A stretch of 64,000 nucleotides of DNA, taken from contig JAEUKZ010000077.1 of assembly GCA_016793045.1 (NCBI GenBank), forward strand, positions 1,497 through 65,496, in the 5' to 3' direction. The DNA comes from Alphaproteobacteria bacterium (GTDB taxonomy: Bacteria; Pseudomonadota; Alphaproteobacteria; CACIAM-22H2). This document shows positions 17,221-26,460 of the stretch, one piece after another. The translations under genes were made by a program, and so were the position numbers. How positions within the stretch are numbered: the first letter of the stretch is position 1; each line of letters begins with the position of its first letter. The notes under the pieces are model-generated. The model ran no database searches, was not told where the DNA came from, and saw nothing but the letters and a program-made list of their open reading frames with translations.

Positions 17221-18489
17221 ATGGACGGCCCCGCCTCAAATCGTCCGGGCGATGCGACGTCCTTTCGGCTCGGCACGTGGCTGTGGCCTCTCGTCGCCAC
17301 GCTGGCGATCCAAACGACCACCGCTTTCCTTTCCCGACTGGTGCCGACGATCGCACCGGTGCTGACGGCGGAGTTCGGCATGGCGCCGTCGGCGATCGGC
17401 CATCTCTCCGCGGTCTCGACGGTCGGCTCGATCATCTTCCTCGTCGCCGGCGCACCGCTGCTGCGGCGCGGCGGTCCCATTCGCGCCCTGCAGATCGGCC
17501 TCGCCTTCGGCGCCATCGGCGCTGCACTGCTCGCCATTCCCTTCATCGCCATCCCGGCGATCGCCAGCCTGCTGATCGGCCTCGGCTATGGGCCGTCGCC
17601 TTCCGCGGGCAGCGAGGTCCTTCAGCGCTACGCACCGAAGCGTCATCGCAGCCTGGTCTTCTCGATCAAGCAGGCCGGCGTTCCGCTCGGTGGCGTTTTG
17701 GCCGGCCTCATTCTGCCGGCGCTCGTCGAAGCGTTCGGCTGGCATTCGACGCTGATCTTCAGCGTCGCCGCGGCACTGACGACGATCGCCGCCGTCCAGC
17801 TGCTGCGCGAGCGCGTCGACGTCGACCGCGACCGCCGCCAGCGTCTCGACGTCGGAACCTTTTTCGCGATCGACAATCTCCTGCGGCCGTTGCGCGCGCT
17901 TGCGGCAGTTCCCACCCTGCCGCCGCTGATGCTCGTCGGCGCGTGCTTCGCGCTCAACCAGGGTGTGTGGATGGCGTTCCTGGTGACGATCGGCGTGACC
18001 GATCTCGGCCTGAGCCTCCCGGCCGCCGGTGCGGTCTATGCCGTTATGCAAGTCACCGGCATCTTCGGGCGCATCGTACTCGGCTGGGTGTCCGACCGGC
18101 TTGGGTCGGGCATTCCGGTCCTGCGATGCGTCGCCGTCGCGTCGGCTGCTACCTCCGCGGTCCTGTCGTTCGCCACCGCGGAGTGGCCGTACTGGATGCT
18201 CTGCGCCCTTGCCGGTGTCGCCGGCATAACAGTGTCGAGCTGGAACGGCGTCCAACTGTCTGAGATCGCCAGGCTGGTGCCGCGCAGCCTGATCGGCGAG
18301 ACGACCGCAGGGGCGACGATCCTGATCTTCCTCGGTTACGTCGTCGGCCCCGCAGGCTTCGCACTGCTGGTGGCCGCGACCGGCCGCTTCGACATCGGCT
18401 ATCTCACCGTCGCCGCGGTCTCCCTGCTTGCCTTCGGCGCGCTGCTGCGCTTCCCCCCGCGCCCGCCGGCGCCGGCCGGCGACGACTGA
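17221..18489 (+). CDS. MFS transporter
   Basis: 422 aa, about 12 predicted TM helices. It is divergent from the IclR fusion gene. Confidence 0.85.
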   Translation: MDGPASNRPGDATSFRLGTWLWPLVATLAIQTTTAFLSRLVPTIAPVLTAEFGMAPSAIGHLSAVSTVGSIIFLVAGAPLLRRGGPIRALQIGLAFGAIGAALLAIPFIAIPAIASLLIGLGYGPSPSAGSEVLQRYAPKRHRSLVFSIKQAGVPLGGVLAGLILPALVEAFGWHSTLIFSVAAALTTIAAVQLLRERVDVDRDRRQRLDVGTFFAIDNLLRPLRALAAVPTLPPLMLVGACFALNQGVWMAFLVTIGVTDLGLSLPAAGAVYAVMQVTGIFGRIVLGWVSDRLGSGIPVLRCVAVASAATSAVLSFATAEWPYWMLCALAGVAGITVSSWNGVQLSEIARLVPRSLIGETTAGATILIFLGYVVGPAGFALLVAATGRFDIGYLTVAAVSLLAFGALLRFPPRPPAPAGDD

Positions 18490-18507
18490 CGCCGGCCACT
18501 GGCGGAA

Positions 18508-18825
18508 TCAGGGAACGCGCACGTCGAAGAGCGGCGGATATTGCTGCGAGCCGAAGACGTCGTGCTCGCCCGGCCCGCCGCTCGGCCGCAGCCGGCGGAT
18601 CGTAAACTTGATCGCATTGGCGGGTTCGAACACGACGAAGTCGGTGATCCGCGCCGGCTCGATGCGAAACAGCGCCGCGACCGTGTCGCGCGTCAGCACC
18701 TTGGCATCGCGCACCCGCTCGAAGTTGGCGCGTTCGCGGAAGATGATGTCGAAGGTGATGTGGTCGACTCCTGCATTCTTGCTGCGGATCGTCGACGCCA
18801 GGTCCCGAAGGGTCGTTGCGCTCAT
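18508..18825 (-). CDS. DUF4387-like small protein (partner of the AtuA-like protein)
   Basis: 105 aa, MSATTLRDLASTIRSKNAGVDHITFDIIFRER...FVVFEPANAIKFTIRR. AGGAG SD. The ATG is 1 nt after the AtuA-like stop (TGAtATG). Confidence 0.75.
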   Translation of the reverse strand: MSATTLRDLASTIRSKNAGVDHITFDIIFRERANFERVRDAKVLTRDTVAALFRIEPARITDFVVFEPANAIKFTIRRLRPSGGPGEHDVFGSQQYPPLFDVRVP

Positions 18826-18826
18826 A

Positions 18827-20215
18827 TCAGACCGTCTCCTTCGCGCCGGCCGGCGCGACGTCGTGAAAGCGTGTCCGGAAAAGTTCCTCCGGGTTCGCGG
18901 CGGCGATGATGTGATTGAGCGTCCACTCATAGCCCGCCTTGCCGATCAGGACTTCATCGGACATCAGCGCAGCCGTTCCGGCCGTTCCCTTGACGTCCGG
19001 CAGGCGCGCATAGAACAAGTTGCGCGCAGCGAGCGCGCAGATCTCCTCGGCCCGCTTGCCGTCGGCGCAGACGACCTCGACGACGATCCCCAATTCGTGC
19101 GGCGCCATCTCCGGATTCGGGTCGAGCCCCTCCATGACCGCGTTGCGTCCGTAGAGATGGTAGTAGACCTGGTACGCGCCGCCGATCGGCCCAAACCGCT
19201 CGCCCAGGCGATCTTTCGCCCACACGATCGCGCGGTCGATATTGGCGATGGTGTAGGGGTCGCGCACGCCGACAACGGACAGCCGACGCTCGCCGACCTT
19301 CCCGGCACCCTCGAGCTTGACCATGCAGACCGGACTCTTGACGAAGCGCGCGCCCGTCGCCCGCGTCGTCTTGGGGTCGACCTGTTCGTAGCGGCATTCG
19401 GTCATGTCGACATAGCCGCCGGCGACGTACTCGCGATCGGGCGACGACCGCTCGTACATCGCGTGGCTGGCCAGCGAGGCCGGCGTGCAGCGCTGGCCGG
19501 GATGCATGGCGGTGACGAACACGTCGTCGCCTTCGATGCGGCCGAGGATCGACTCCTTGCCCATGAACGGCTCGCAGCAGAACGACGCGCATTCCATGAG
19601 CTTGCCGGCGTAGTAGGCTGTGGCCGGGGAGCTTCCCGCATTCATCAGCGGCGCCGCGAAGATCGCGCAGTCGCTGGAGCGCCCGGCAATCACGACATCG
19701 GCGCCCGCGCGCAGCGCCGCCTGGATCGGCTCGGCGCCCATCACCGCTACGGCACGAGACGTCCGCGACAGCACGTCGTCGTCCGCATCGGGGCGACCGT
19801 CGAGCCCTTCGATCCGGGTGCCGCGCGCCGCACGGCTGCGCAGATCGGACACCGCGATTTCCGAATAGATCGCGGCGAGCTTGAACGGCGCCATGCGGTG
19901 GGCCGCGGCGATCTCACGGATCAGCGCGACGAACTGGTCGACGCCGCGATCGGTCCCGGTGTCCGACGCTGAGCCGATGATCATCGGCACGCCGAGCTTG
20001 CGCGCCTCGACGAGCATGACTTCGAGATCGTGCCGCTGCCAGGCCGGCGGGCTCGCCTGTCCGTCGGCGCCAAGCGGATAGGGACCGATGTCACAACTGC
20101 CGGAATCGGCGATGATGAAGTCGGGCTTCAGCGCACATCCCGCTCGAAAGCTTGCCGGCTCCAACGGCGTGAAACCGAGATGACCGGTCGGACATAGAAT
20201 CTTGATTGCCGCCAT
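18827..20215 (-). CDS. acyclic terpene utilisation AtuA-like (DUF1446) family protein
   Basis: 462 aa. MAAIKILCPTGHLGFTPLEPASFRAGCALKPDFIIADSGSCDIGPYPLG is the typical N-terminus of the DUF1446/AtuA family. GGAG SD precedes the ATG at 20215. Confidence 0.85.
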   Translation of the reverse strand: MAAIKILCPTGHLGFTPLEPASFRAGCALKPDFIIADSGSCDIGPYPLGADGQASPPAWQRHDLEVMLVEARKLGVPMIIGSASDTGTDRGVDQFVALIREIAAAHRMAPFKLAAIYSEIAVSDLRSRAARGTRIEGLDGRPDADDDVLSRTSRAVAVMGAEPIQAALRAGADVVIAGRSSDCAIFAAPLMNAGSSPATAYYAGKLMECASFCCEPFMGKESILGRIEGDDVFVTAMHPGQRCTPASLASHAMYERSSPDREYVAGGYVDMTECRYEQVDPKTTRATGARFVKSPVCMVKLEGAGKVGERRLSVVGVRDPYTIANIDRAIVWAKDRLGERFGPIGGAYQVYYHLYGRNAVMEGLDPNPEMAPHELGIVVEVVCADGKRAEEICALAARNLFYARLPDVKGTAGTAALMSDEVLIGKAGYEWTLNHIIAAANPEELFRTRFHDVAPAGAKETV

Positions 20216-20288
20216 TGCTGATCTCCGTCGTCAATTTGCGTCCGCGCCCCGGGACCGGCGCCATGTGCGCCCCTCGGGGGAATCCACT

Positions 20289-20304
20289 AGCATCGCCCGT
20301 GCCA
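20289..20304 (-). promoter_or_regulatory. candidate sigma-54 (RpoN) promoter for atuA-like/DUF4387
   Basis: The minus strand reads TGGCACGGGCGATGCT. That is TGGCACG-N4-ATGCT against the consensus TGGCACG-N4-TTGCW, with canonical GG/GC spacing. The -12 element is about 75 nt upstream of the ATG at 20215, and a sigma-54 activator gene lies immediately upstream. Confidence 0.45.
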
Positions 20305-20331
20305 CGCCGAAGACGGCGCGCCACGCCCGCT

Positions 20332-21474
20332 TTACATGCCGTTCTCGTCGTCCTCGTCGCCACCAATAGGAGCGGGACGCGCGGGATCCGCGCCGGTATG
20401 CGTGACCTGCACGCCCAGCGACATGCCGAGCTTGACCATCTGATGACGCAGGGCGTGGCGCGAGAGCCCGAGCTCGCGCGCTGCCCTGCCGAGCCGCCCG
20501 CGCGAGCGATCGAGCGCATGGGCAATGATCCTGCGTTGGAAGGTCCGCGTCGCCTCGTGGAAGCCGCCCGCCGATTCCGGCGCCGGCTGGGCAACCGTGG
20601 CAACGGGCTCCGGAATTCCGCCTTCAGCCGCCAGAAAGCGCCGGCCGATCTCGGTCTCCCTGAGGAACCGCGTCGGCAGATGCCGGAGGCGGATGACGTC
20701 GTCGTCCTCGAGGATGCAGATCCGCTCCAGCAGGTTTTCGAGTTCGCGGACGTTTCCGGGCCAGGAATACGCGCGAAAGAGCGCCGCCACATCGGGCTCC
20801 AGCCCGCGCATCGCGCGTCCGTGGCGGTAGTTGAGCGTTTCGATGAACGAGTTCGCGAGCACCATCACGTCGTCGCCGCGCTCGCGCAGTGGCGGAATGT
20901 TGATGGCGACGACCTGAAGCCGATAGTACAGATCCTCGCGGAAGTTGCCGGCCTTCACCTCGCTGAGGAGGATCTTGTTCGTCGACGCGACGAAGCGCAC
21001 GTCGACTTCGATCTCTTTGACCGCGCCGAGCCGCCGGAAGCGCTGGGTATCGAGCAAGGTCAGCAGCTTCGCCTGCAGCGTGAGGTCCATCTCGCGGACC
21101 TCGTCAAGGAATAGGGTGCCGCCATTCGCGACTTCGATCAGTCCGGACTTGGCCGAGATCGCGCCGGTGAACGCGCCGCGCTCGTGTCCGAACAGTTCGG
21201 ATTCGAGGAGATTGGCCGGAATGGCGGCGCAATTGACGTCGACGAACTCGCGATCACCCCGCGTCGAAAGGCGATGCAGCATCCGCGCGACGACTCCCTT
21301 GCCGGTGCCGGTCTCGCCGTAGATGAGGATGTTGCGCGCCTTGCTGGTCGCGACCTTGCGGACGAGCTGGCGCAGGCGGACGATCGATGGATGATCGCCG
21401 ATCAGGTTGCGCGCGAACTCGTCCCATGCGGTACCGGTCTTCGGCGCGTCCTGCATGCGCTCAGGGGTGGACAT
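20332..21474 (-). CDS. sigma-54-dependent transcriptional activator (bEBP), PspF-like: AAA+ sigma-54 interaction domain plus C-terminal Fis-type HTH, no N-terminal sensor/receiver domain
   Basis: Walker A GETGTGKG, GAFTGA motif (ESELFGHERGAFTGA), Walker B LFLDEV, arginine finger. C-terminal HTH RIIAHALDRSRGRLGRAARELGLSRHALRHQM. ATG at 21474 (MSTPERMQDAPKTGTAWDEF). The track's earlier TTG start is rejected. Confidence 0.85.
   Translation of the reverse strand: MSTPERMQDAPKTGTAWDEFARNLIGDHPSIVRLRQLVRKVATSKARNILIYGETGTGKGVVARMLHRLSTRGDREFVDVNCAAIPANLLESELFGHERGAFTGAISAKSGLIEVANGGTLFLDEVREMDLTLQAKLLTLLDTQRFRRLGAVKEIEVDVRFVASTNKILLSEVKAGNFREDLYYRLQVVAINIPPLRERGDDVMVLANSFIETLNYRHGRAMRGLEPDVAALFRAYSWPGNVRELENLLERICILEDDDVIRLRHLPTRFLRETEIGRRFLAAEGGIPEPVATVAQPAPESAGGFHEATRTFQRRIIAHALDRSRGRLGRAARELGLSRHALRHQMVKLGMSLGVQVTHTGADPARPAPIGGDEDDENGM
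20399..20415. promoter_or_regulatory. candidate enhancer/UAS palindrome TGCGTG-N5-CACGCC about 105-130 bp upstream of the atuA sigma-54 promoter (inside the 3' end of the activator gene)
   Basis: tgcgtgacctgcacgcc. The same 17-bp pattern with identical arms recurs at 28190-28206, upstream of the second sigma-54 promoter candidate. Confidence 0.3.
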
Positions 21475-22573
21475 CGTCAGCCCCCACTGGCGGCGCGAAA
21501 TCAAGCTGGTAGCGGTCCCATGGCGACGAACACGGCGTTCCGTCGGCGACTGTCATCGCCCGCAGCTGGGGTCGGAAGATCGCACTGGAGATTGTCCGGG
21601 ATTCCGGCGTGTCACCGTGCCGACATAGGCCCATCCCCGCCGGCCCATCGTGGCCTGACATCACGACGCGCGCGGACGCATCGGTCACCGCATTGCCTTC
21701 GAGCCACGTCCGCACCGTCCGCAGCCGCGCCAGCGAATTTGCCTGCCCGCGCGCATCGTCGCGGGTCTTGTCGGCCAAGGCGCCGTCAGTGAAGTGATTG
21801 GTCCGTGCAACCCAACGACCGTTGCCGCGATCGACGGCAATCGTCGAATGCCCCAGCTCGACCGCCGCCATCGCCCCGTGCCGATCCGCCAGGACGAGAC
21901 TGCCGCCGCCGCAATGGGGCATCGCACGCATGCGCGCGAGTGCCGCATCGACGTCGACGCAATTCGCCAGTATGTCCGTCATCACGAAATAGCGCAGCAG
22001 CCCCACGCCGTTGTCGAGCGAGCCGATCTGCGTATCCGCGAGCGCGAGCCCGTCGTCGTTGATGCCGCTCGAATAGGCGCCCGGCGCACCGAAGGAGCCG
22101 ACGCAGAGCAGCGTCCGCCCGCCCCACGCGGGATCGGCAATGCGAAACACCGCCGGTGGAAGCGGCCACCGACCGCCGTAGTCGCGGTTTTTTGCCAGAA
22201 TCGCGCCGGCTTCGGAATCCAGGGCCGCCCACGCCGTACATCCGTCGCCCGGACCGTCGACCACCGTGCAATGATCTGCGACTACGGCCAGATGCAGGGC
22301 GTCAAACAGATCTTTGTAGGAGAGTCCGTATCCGTCCGCCAGGACGGCGACCTCGGCGGCAGCAGCCGGATCGCGCTCGCTCAGAACTTCACGCATCCGC
22401 GTCAGATAGCGCCGCGCATCGTCGCGGGCGAGCAACGCGCGCGAATCGCCCAGGCGCCCTAGCATCGCAGCCCTGACCGTGTCGATCCGCGGACCCGCGG
22501 CGCGGATCTGCGCACGCGCGCGCTCGATCGGCCCGCCGTCCAGCCGCACGATGGACGTCGACGGGCTCGTCAT
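21461..22573 (-). CDS. C45-family peptidase / acyl-CoA:6-aminopenicillanic-acid acyltransferase-like autoproteolytic Ntn hydrolase
   Basis: 370 aa from MTSPSTSIVRLDGGPIERARAQI. It has a DG-CTAW self-cleavage/nucleophile motif (GPGDGCTAWAALD) followed by KNRDY. The ATG overlaps the DppF-like stop (ATGA) and the 3' end overlaps the activator start by 14 nt. Confidence 0.72.
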   Translation of the reverse strand: MTSPSTSIVRLDGGPIERARAQIRAAGPRIDTVRAAMLGRLGDSRALLARDDARRYLTRMREVLSERDPAAAAEVAVLADGYGLSYKDLFDALHLAVVADHCTVVDGPGDGCTAWAALDSEAGAILAKNRDYGGRWPLPPAVFRIADPAWGGRTLLCVGSFGAPGAYSSGINDDGLALADTQIGSLDNGVGLLRYFVMTDILANCVDVDAALARMRAMPHCGGGSLVLADRHGAMAAVELGHSTIAVDRGNGRWVARTNHFTDGALADKTRDDARGQANSLARLRTVRTWLEGNAVTDASARVVMSGHDGPAGMGLCRHGDTPESRTISSAIFRPQLRAMTVADGTPCSSPWDRYQLDFAPPVGADDVHP

Positions 22574-23565
22574 GCAGCGCCTCCGTAGAGATGACAGGCG
22601 ACGTGGTGGTCCGGCGCGACCCGCGTCGGCCGCGGCGCGATCGTGCGGCATTCCGGCATCGCCCGGGGGCAACGCGTGTGGAACTTGCACCCCGGAGGCG
22701 GCGCGAGCGGCGACGGCGGATCGCCGCCGAGGTGGGCAGCACGTGGGCCGGACCGATCGAGGCGGGGCGCGGCGGCGAGCAGCGCCTGCGTGTAGGGGTG
22801 ACGCGGCTCGTTGATCAGCCGCCGACAATCCGCGATCTCGACGATCTCGCCGAGATACATCACGGCAATCCGGTCGCTGAGATGCCCGACGACCGCGAGG
22901 TCGTGCGAGATGAAGAGATAGGTGAGGCTGAATTCGCGCCGCAGCTCGCGCAGCAGCTCGATGATCTGCGCCTGGATCGACACGTCCAATGCCGACACCG
23001 GCTCGTCGCAGACGACGAAGTCCGGACGCAGCGCCAGCGCGCGCGCGATGCCGATCCGCTGCCGCTGCCCGCCGGAGAACTGGTGCGGGTAGCGGTCGCG
23101 TTGCGAAGGCAGCAGCCCGACCCGCTCGATGATCGTCGCGGTCCGGTCCCGGAGCTCCCCCCTGCTCAGGCGCTCATGGATTCGAAGCGGCAGTGAGACG
23201 ATCTCCTCCACCGTGCGCCGCGGGTTCAGCGACGCATACGGGTCCTGGAAGATCATCTGCATCCGCTTGCGCATGCGGCGCAGCGCATGATGATCGAGCG
23301 TCGCCAGATCGGTGCCGTCGAAGCGGACCGTCCCTGCGGTGGGACTCTGGAGAAGCAGGACGCAGCGGCCCAGCGTACTCTTGCCGCAGCCGCTCTCGCC
23401 GATCAGACCAAGCGTCTCGCCGCGACGAACGGCGAAGCTGACGTCGTTGACCGCCTGGACGTGTCGCGTCGGTGCGCCGAACAGTCGCGCAGCAAGACTG
23501 GGCCGCTGCACGAACGACTTGACCAGACCTGCCACCTCGAGAAGGGGCGCCGCGATTTGGCTCAC
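22570..23565 (-). CDS. peptide ABC transporter ATP-binding protein (DppF/OppF-like)
   Basis: GTG start at 23565 is preceded by GGAAGGAG and overlaps the DppD-like stop (GTGA). [17 protein letters not shown] and a C-terminal oligopeptide-transporter extension are present. An upstream ATG at 23592 would overlap the preceding gene by 30 nt. Confidence 0.85.
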   Translation of the reverse strand: MSQIAAPLLEVAGLVKSFVQRPSLAARLFGAPTRHVQAVNDVSFAVRRGETLGLIGESGCGKSTLGRCVLLLQSPTAGTVRFDGTDLATLDHHALRRMRKRMQMIFQDPYASLNPRRTVEEIVSLPLRIHERLSRGELRDRTATIIERVGLLPSQRDRYPHQFSGGQRQRIGIARALALRPDFVVCDEPVSALDVSIQAQIIELLRELRREFSLTYLFISHDLAVVGHLSDRIAVMYLGEIVEIADCRRLINEPRHPYTQALLAAAPRLDRSGPRAAHLGGDPPSPLAPPPGCKFHTRCPRAMPECRTIAPRPTRVAPDHHVACHLYGGAA

Positions 23566-24572
23566 GGCGCGGCTCCTTCCGCCAGAACGCATCGCACCTG
23601 GCGTCCGGGCGAAACGTGCCGCATCGCGACCGCCGCAGCGCAGGAGTCGCGACGGTGCGGACAGCGCGCCGCGAACCGGCAGCCCTCGGGCGCCGAGATC
23701 AGATCGGGCACCTGCCCCACGATCGGTTCGATCGGGTGGTCCAGATCCTCCAGCTTCGGCAATGATCGCAAGAGTCCCTCGGTATAGGGGTGGCGTGGCG
23801 CGGCGATCACCTCGGCGGTCGGCCCCAGCTCGACGACTTGGCCGGCATACAACACCGCGACGCGATCGCAATAGGCCGCGACGACGCCTAGGTTGTGCGT
23901 GATCAGCACGACGCTCATGCCCAGCTTGGCACGCAGGCCGGCGATTAGATCGAGCACCTGCGCCTGGATCGTGACGTCGAGTGCGGTCGTCGGCTCGTCG
24001 GCGATGAGGAGGCGCGGGCGGCATGCCAGCGCGATCGCGATCATGATGCGCTGCCGCATCCCGCCTGAAAACTGGTGCGGATAGTCCGCGATGCGCGACT
24101 CCGCAGCGGGAATACCGACGAGCTGCATCAATTCGATGGCACGTGCGGTCGCGGCCGAGCGGCTCGCCGCCTGGTCATGTGCCCGCAGCACCTCGATGAT
24201 CTGGGTGCCGACCCGCAGAGCGGGATTCAGGGCCGTCAGCGCATCCTGCATCGTCATCGCGAGATCGCGCCCGCGCATTGCGCGGCGCGCGCGATCGTCG
24301 AGCGACGTCAGCTCGGTTCCGTCGAACCGGATCGATCCCTCGACGATCCGTCCAGGCTTCCGAATGAGTCCCATCACGCTGGCAAAGGTCGCGCTCTTGC
24401 CGGAGCCGGATTCACCGACGACGCCCAGGCATTCGCCGCGCCGAACGTCGAGATCGATCCCGTCGACCGCGCGCACGATGCCGCGATCGGTCTCGAACCA
24501 TGTTCGCAGCCCCTGGATCGCCAGGAGCGGCGTTCCCGCATCGCCGGACGCGTTTTGGACCTGCTCCTTCAT
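23562..24572 (-). CDS. peptide ABC transporter ATP-binding protein (DppD/OppD-like)
   Basis: 336 aa from [25 protein letters not shown]. The ATG overlaps the permease stop (ATGA). Confidence 0.9.
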   Translation of the reverse strand: MKEQVQNASGDAGTPLLAIQGLRTWFETDRGIVRAVDGIDLDVRRGECLGVVGESGSGKSATFASVMGLIRKPGRIVEGSIRFDGTELTSLDDRARRAMRGRDLAMTMQDALTALNPALRVGTQIIEVLRAHDQAASRSAATARAIELMQLVGIPAAESRIADYPHQFSGGMRQRIMIAIALACRPRLLIADEPTTALDVTIQAQVLDLIAGLRAKLGMSVVLITHNLGVVAAYCDRVAVLYAGQVVELGPTAEVIAAPRHPYTEGLLRSLPKLEDLDHPIEPIVGQVPDLISAPEGCRFAARCPHRRDSCAAAVAMRHVSPGRQVRCVLAEGAAP

Positions 24573-25444
24573 GTCCGCATCCGCGGATCGAACGCGTCGC
24601 GGAACCCCTGGCTGGCGACGTTGATCGAAAGCACCAGCGCCAGGATGGCGAGACCGGGGATCGTGCTGACCCACCACGCGTCGAGCAGGAAGTCGCGCCC
24701 GTCCGCGACCATCGCCCCCCACGATGCCGTCGGCGACTGAACCCCGAGTCCGAGGAAGGACAGGCTCGCCTCGAGCATGATCACGGTCGCCATGCGCACG
24801 GTCCCGACAACCAGGATCGGCGAGAGGATGTTTGGCAGGATTTCGCGGGTCATGATGTGCAGTCGCGACGCGCCCAAGGCGCGCGCGGCCTCGACATACT
24901 CGATCTCGCGTGCCGCCAGCGTTTCGCCGCGGACGACACGGAATGACACCACCCATTCGCGATAGACCAACGCCAGCACGAGATTGTGGAGCCCGGGCCC
25001 GGTCATCGCCATCAACCCGACCGCAAAGATCAGATAGGGAAAGGCGAGCAAGATCTCTGCAAGGCGGGACAGCAGCGTATCGGCCGTGCCGCGCAGGTAC
25101 CCGGCCGTCAGTCCGGCGATCGTGCCGATGCCGACAGCCAACGCCACAACCAGCAGGCCGATCGAGATCGATACGCGGGCGCCAAAGATCAGCCGCGAGA
25201 GGATGTCGCGTCCAAGCCCGTCACAACCGAGCGGAAAGGCCCACTCCCCGCCGTCCATCCAGGCCGGGGGCTGGAGGCGCCGCAGCAGGTCCGTATCGTC
25301 GACGGCGTGCGGGGCAATCCACGGCGCGAAGATGGCGGCAAGCGCCACGACGACGATGACCGCGGCCGCGCCCACCGCGCTGCGGTTGCGCAGGGCGCGC
25401 CGCCAAGCGAACGCGGTCGGAGACGTGACGGCTGCGGCACTCAC
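24569..25444 (-). CDS. peptide ABC transporter permease (DppC-like)
   Basis: GTG start at 25444 overlaps the DppB-like stop (GTGA). 291 aa, EAA-loop region YVEAARALGASRLHIMTREILPN. Confidence 0.85.
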   Translation of the reverse strand: MSAAAVTSPTAFAWRRALRNRSAVGAAAVIVVVALAAIFAPWIAPHAVDDTDLLRRLQPPAWMDGGEWAFPLGCDGLGRDILSRLIFGARVSISIGLLVVALAVGIGTIAGLTAGYLRGTADTLLSRLAEILLAFPYLIFAVGLMAMTGPGLHNLVLALVYREWVVSFRVVRGETLAAREIEYVEAARALGASRLHIMTREILPNILSPILVVGTVRMATVIMLEASLSFLGLGVQSPTASWGAMVADGRDFLLDAWWVSTIPGLAILALVLSINVASQGFRDAFDPRMRT

Positions 25445-26448
25445 AGCCGCACCCTTGGATTCAGCACGGTGTAGAGCAGGTCGGCCGCGAAATTCAGCGC
25501 CACATAGGTTACTGCGTAGAGCAGGACCGCGGCCTGCACGAGGGGGTAGTTGCGCGCGAAGATGCTTTCGACGACGAGGCGGCCGAGGCCCGGCCAGCCG
25601 AAGACCGTTTCGACGACCATGTTGCCGCCGAGGAGCGTCCCCGTCTCCAGCGCTGCTACGCTCACGGCGGGAATCAGCGCGTTCTTGAGCGCGTGGAGGC
25701 CGATGATGCGGGCCCGCGAAAGCCCCTTCGCCTCGGCGAACGTGATGTAGTCGGCCCGAAGCACCTCGATCATTGCGCTTCGCGTCACGCGCATGAGGAT
25801 CGCCGCCGACGGCAGGCCGAGCGTGAAGGCCGGCAAGGCGAGATGGCGGAGGACCTCCCAAAAGCTGTCCATGCGCCCGGCGATCAGGCTATCGACCAGC
25901 GCAAATCCTGTGACTGCCGGCACTTCCATCGCATAACCGAGCCGGCCAGCCACAGGCAGGATCTGAAGTTGAACGGCGAAGAAGAGAATCAGCAGGATCC
26001 CGAACCAGAACCCGGGAAGGGAGACGCCGAAAAGCGAGCCTACGGTCGCGATGCGATCGAGGATCGTATCGCGTCGCACCGCGGCGAGAACGCCGAGCGG
26101 GATCGCAAGACCGATCGCGATCAGCATCGCGGCAACCGTCAATTCGATCGTCGCCGGCAGGCGTTCGGAAATGACTGCCGAAACCGGCCGGCGGTGGAAG
26201 AAGCTCTGGCCGAAATCGCCCCGTATGGCGTTGGTTACGAAGACGAAGTAGCGCTCCACCGCCGGCCGATCGAGCCCCATGTCGCGCCGCATCGACGCGA
26301 CCTGCTCAGGCGTCGCGCGCTGGTCCCCCAGCATGATCTCCACCGGGTCCCCGGGCGTCAGCGAGATCATCAGGAAGACGATGACGCTGACGCCCGCGAG
26401 AACCGGGATCAGATGGAGGATCCGTTCAACGAAGCGCGCGATGGGCAT
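25441..26448 (-). CDS. peptide ABC transporter permease (DppB-like)
   Basis: 335 aa, MPIARFVERILHLIPVLAGVSVIVFLMISLTPGDP. Confidence 0.9.
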   Translation of the reverse strand: MPIARFVERILHLIPVLAGVSVIVFLMISLTPGDPVEIMLGDQRATPEQVASMRRDMGLDRPAVERYFVFVTNAIRGDFGQSFFHRRPVSAVISERLPATIELTVAAMLIAIGLAIPLGVLAAVRRDTILDRIATVGSLFGVSLPGFWFGILLILFFAVQLQILPVAGRLGYAMEVPAVTGFALVDSLIAGRMDSFWEVLRHLALPAFTLGLPSAAILMRVTRSAMIEVLRADYITFAEAKGLSRARIIGLHALKNALIPAVSVAALETGTLLGGNMVVETVFGWPGLGRLVVESIFARNYPLVQAAVLLYAVTYVALNFAADLLYTVLNPRVRL

Positions 26449-26460
26449 GCGTCGCGTCGA

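Noticed and set aside
18489-18508. Possible bidirectional terminator between the convergent MFS and DUF4387 genes
   Set aside because: There are only 18 nt between the stops. The gccactggc segment forms at best a 3-bp stem and has no T-tract.
23562-23592. ATG at 23592 as the DppF-like start
   Set aside because: It would overlap the DppD-like gene by 30 nt and has no SD. The GTG at 23565 has GGAAGGAG at ideal spacing and a GTGA overlap.
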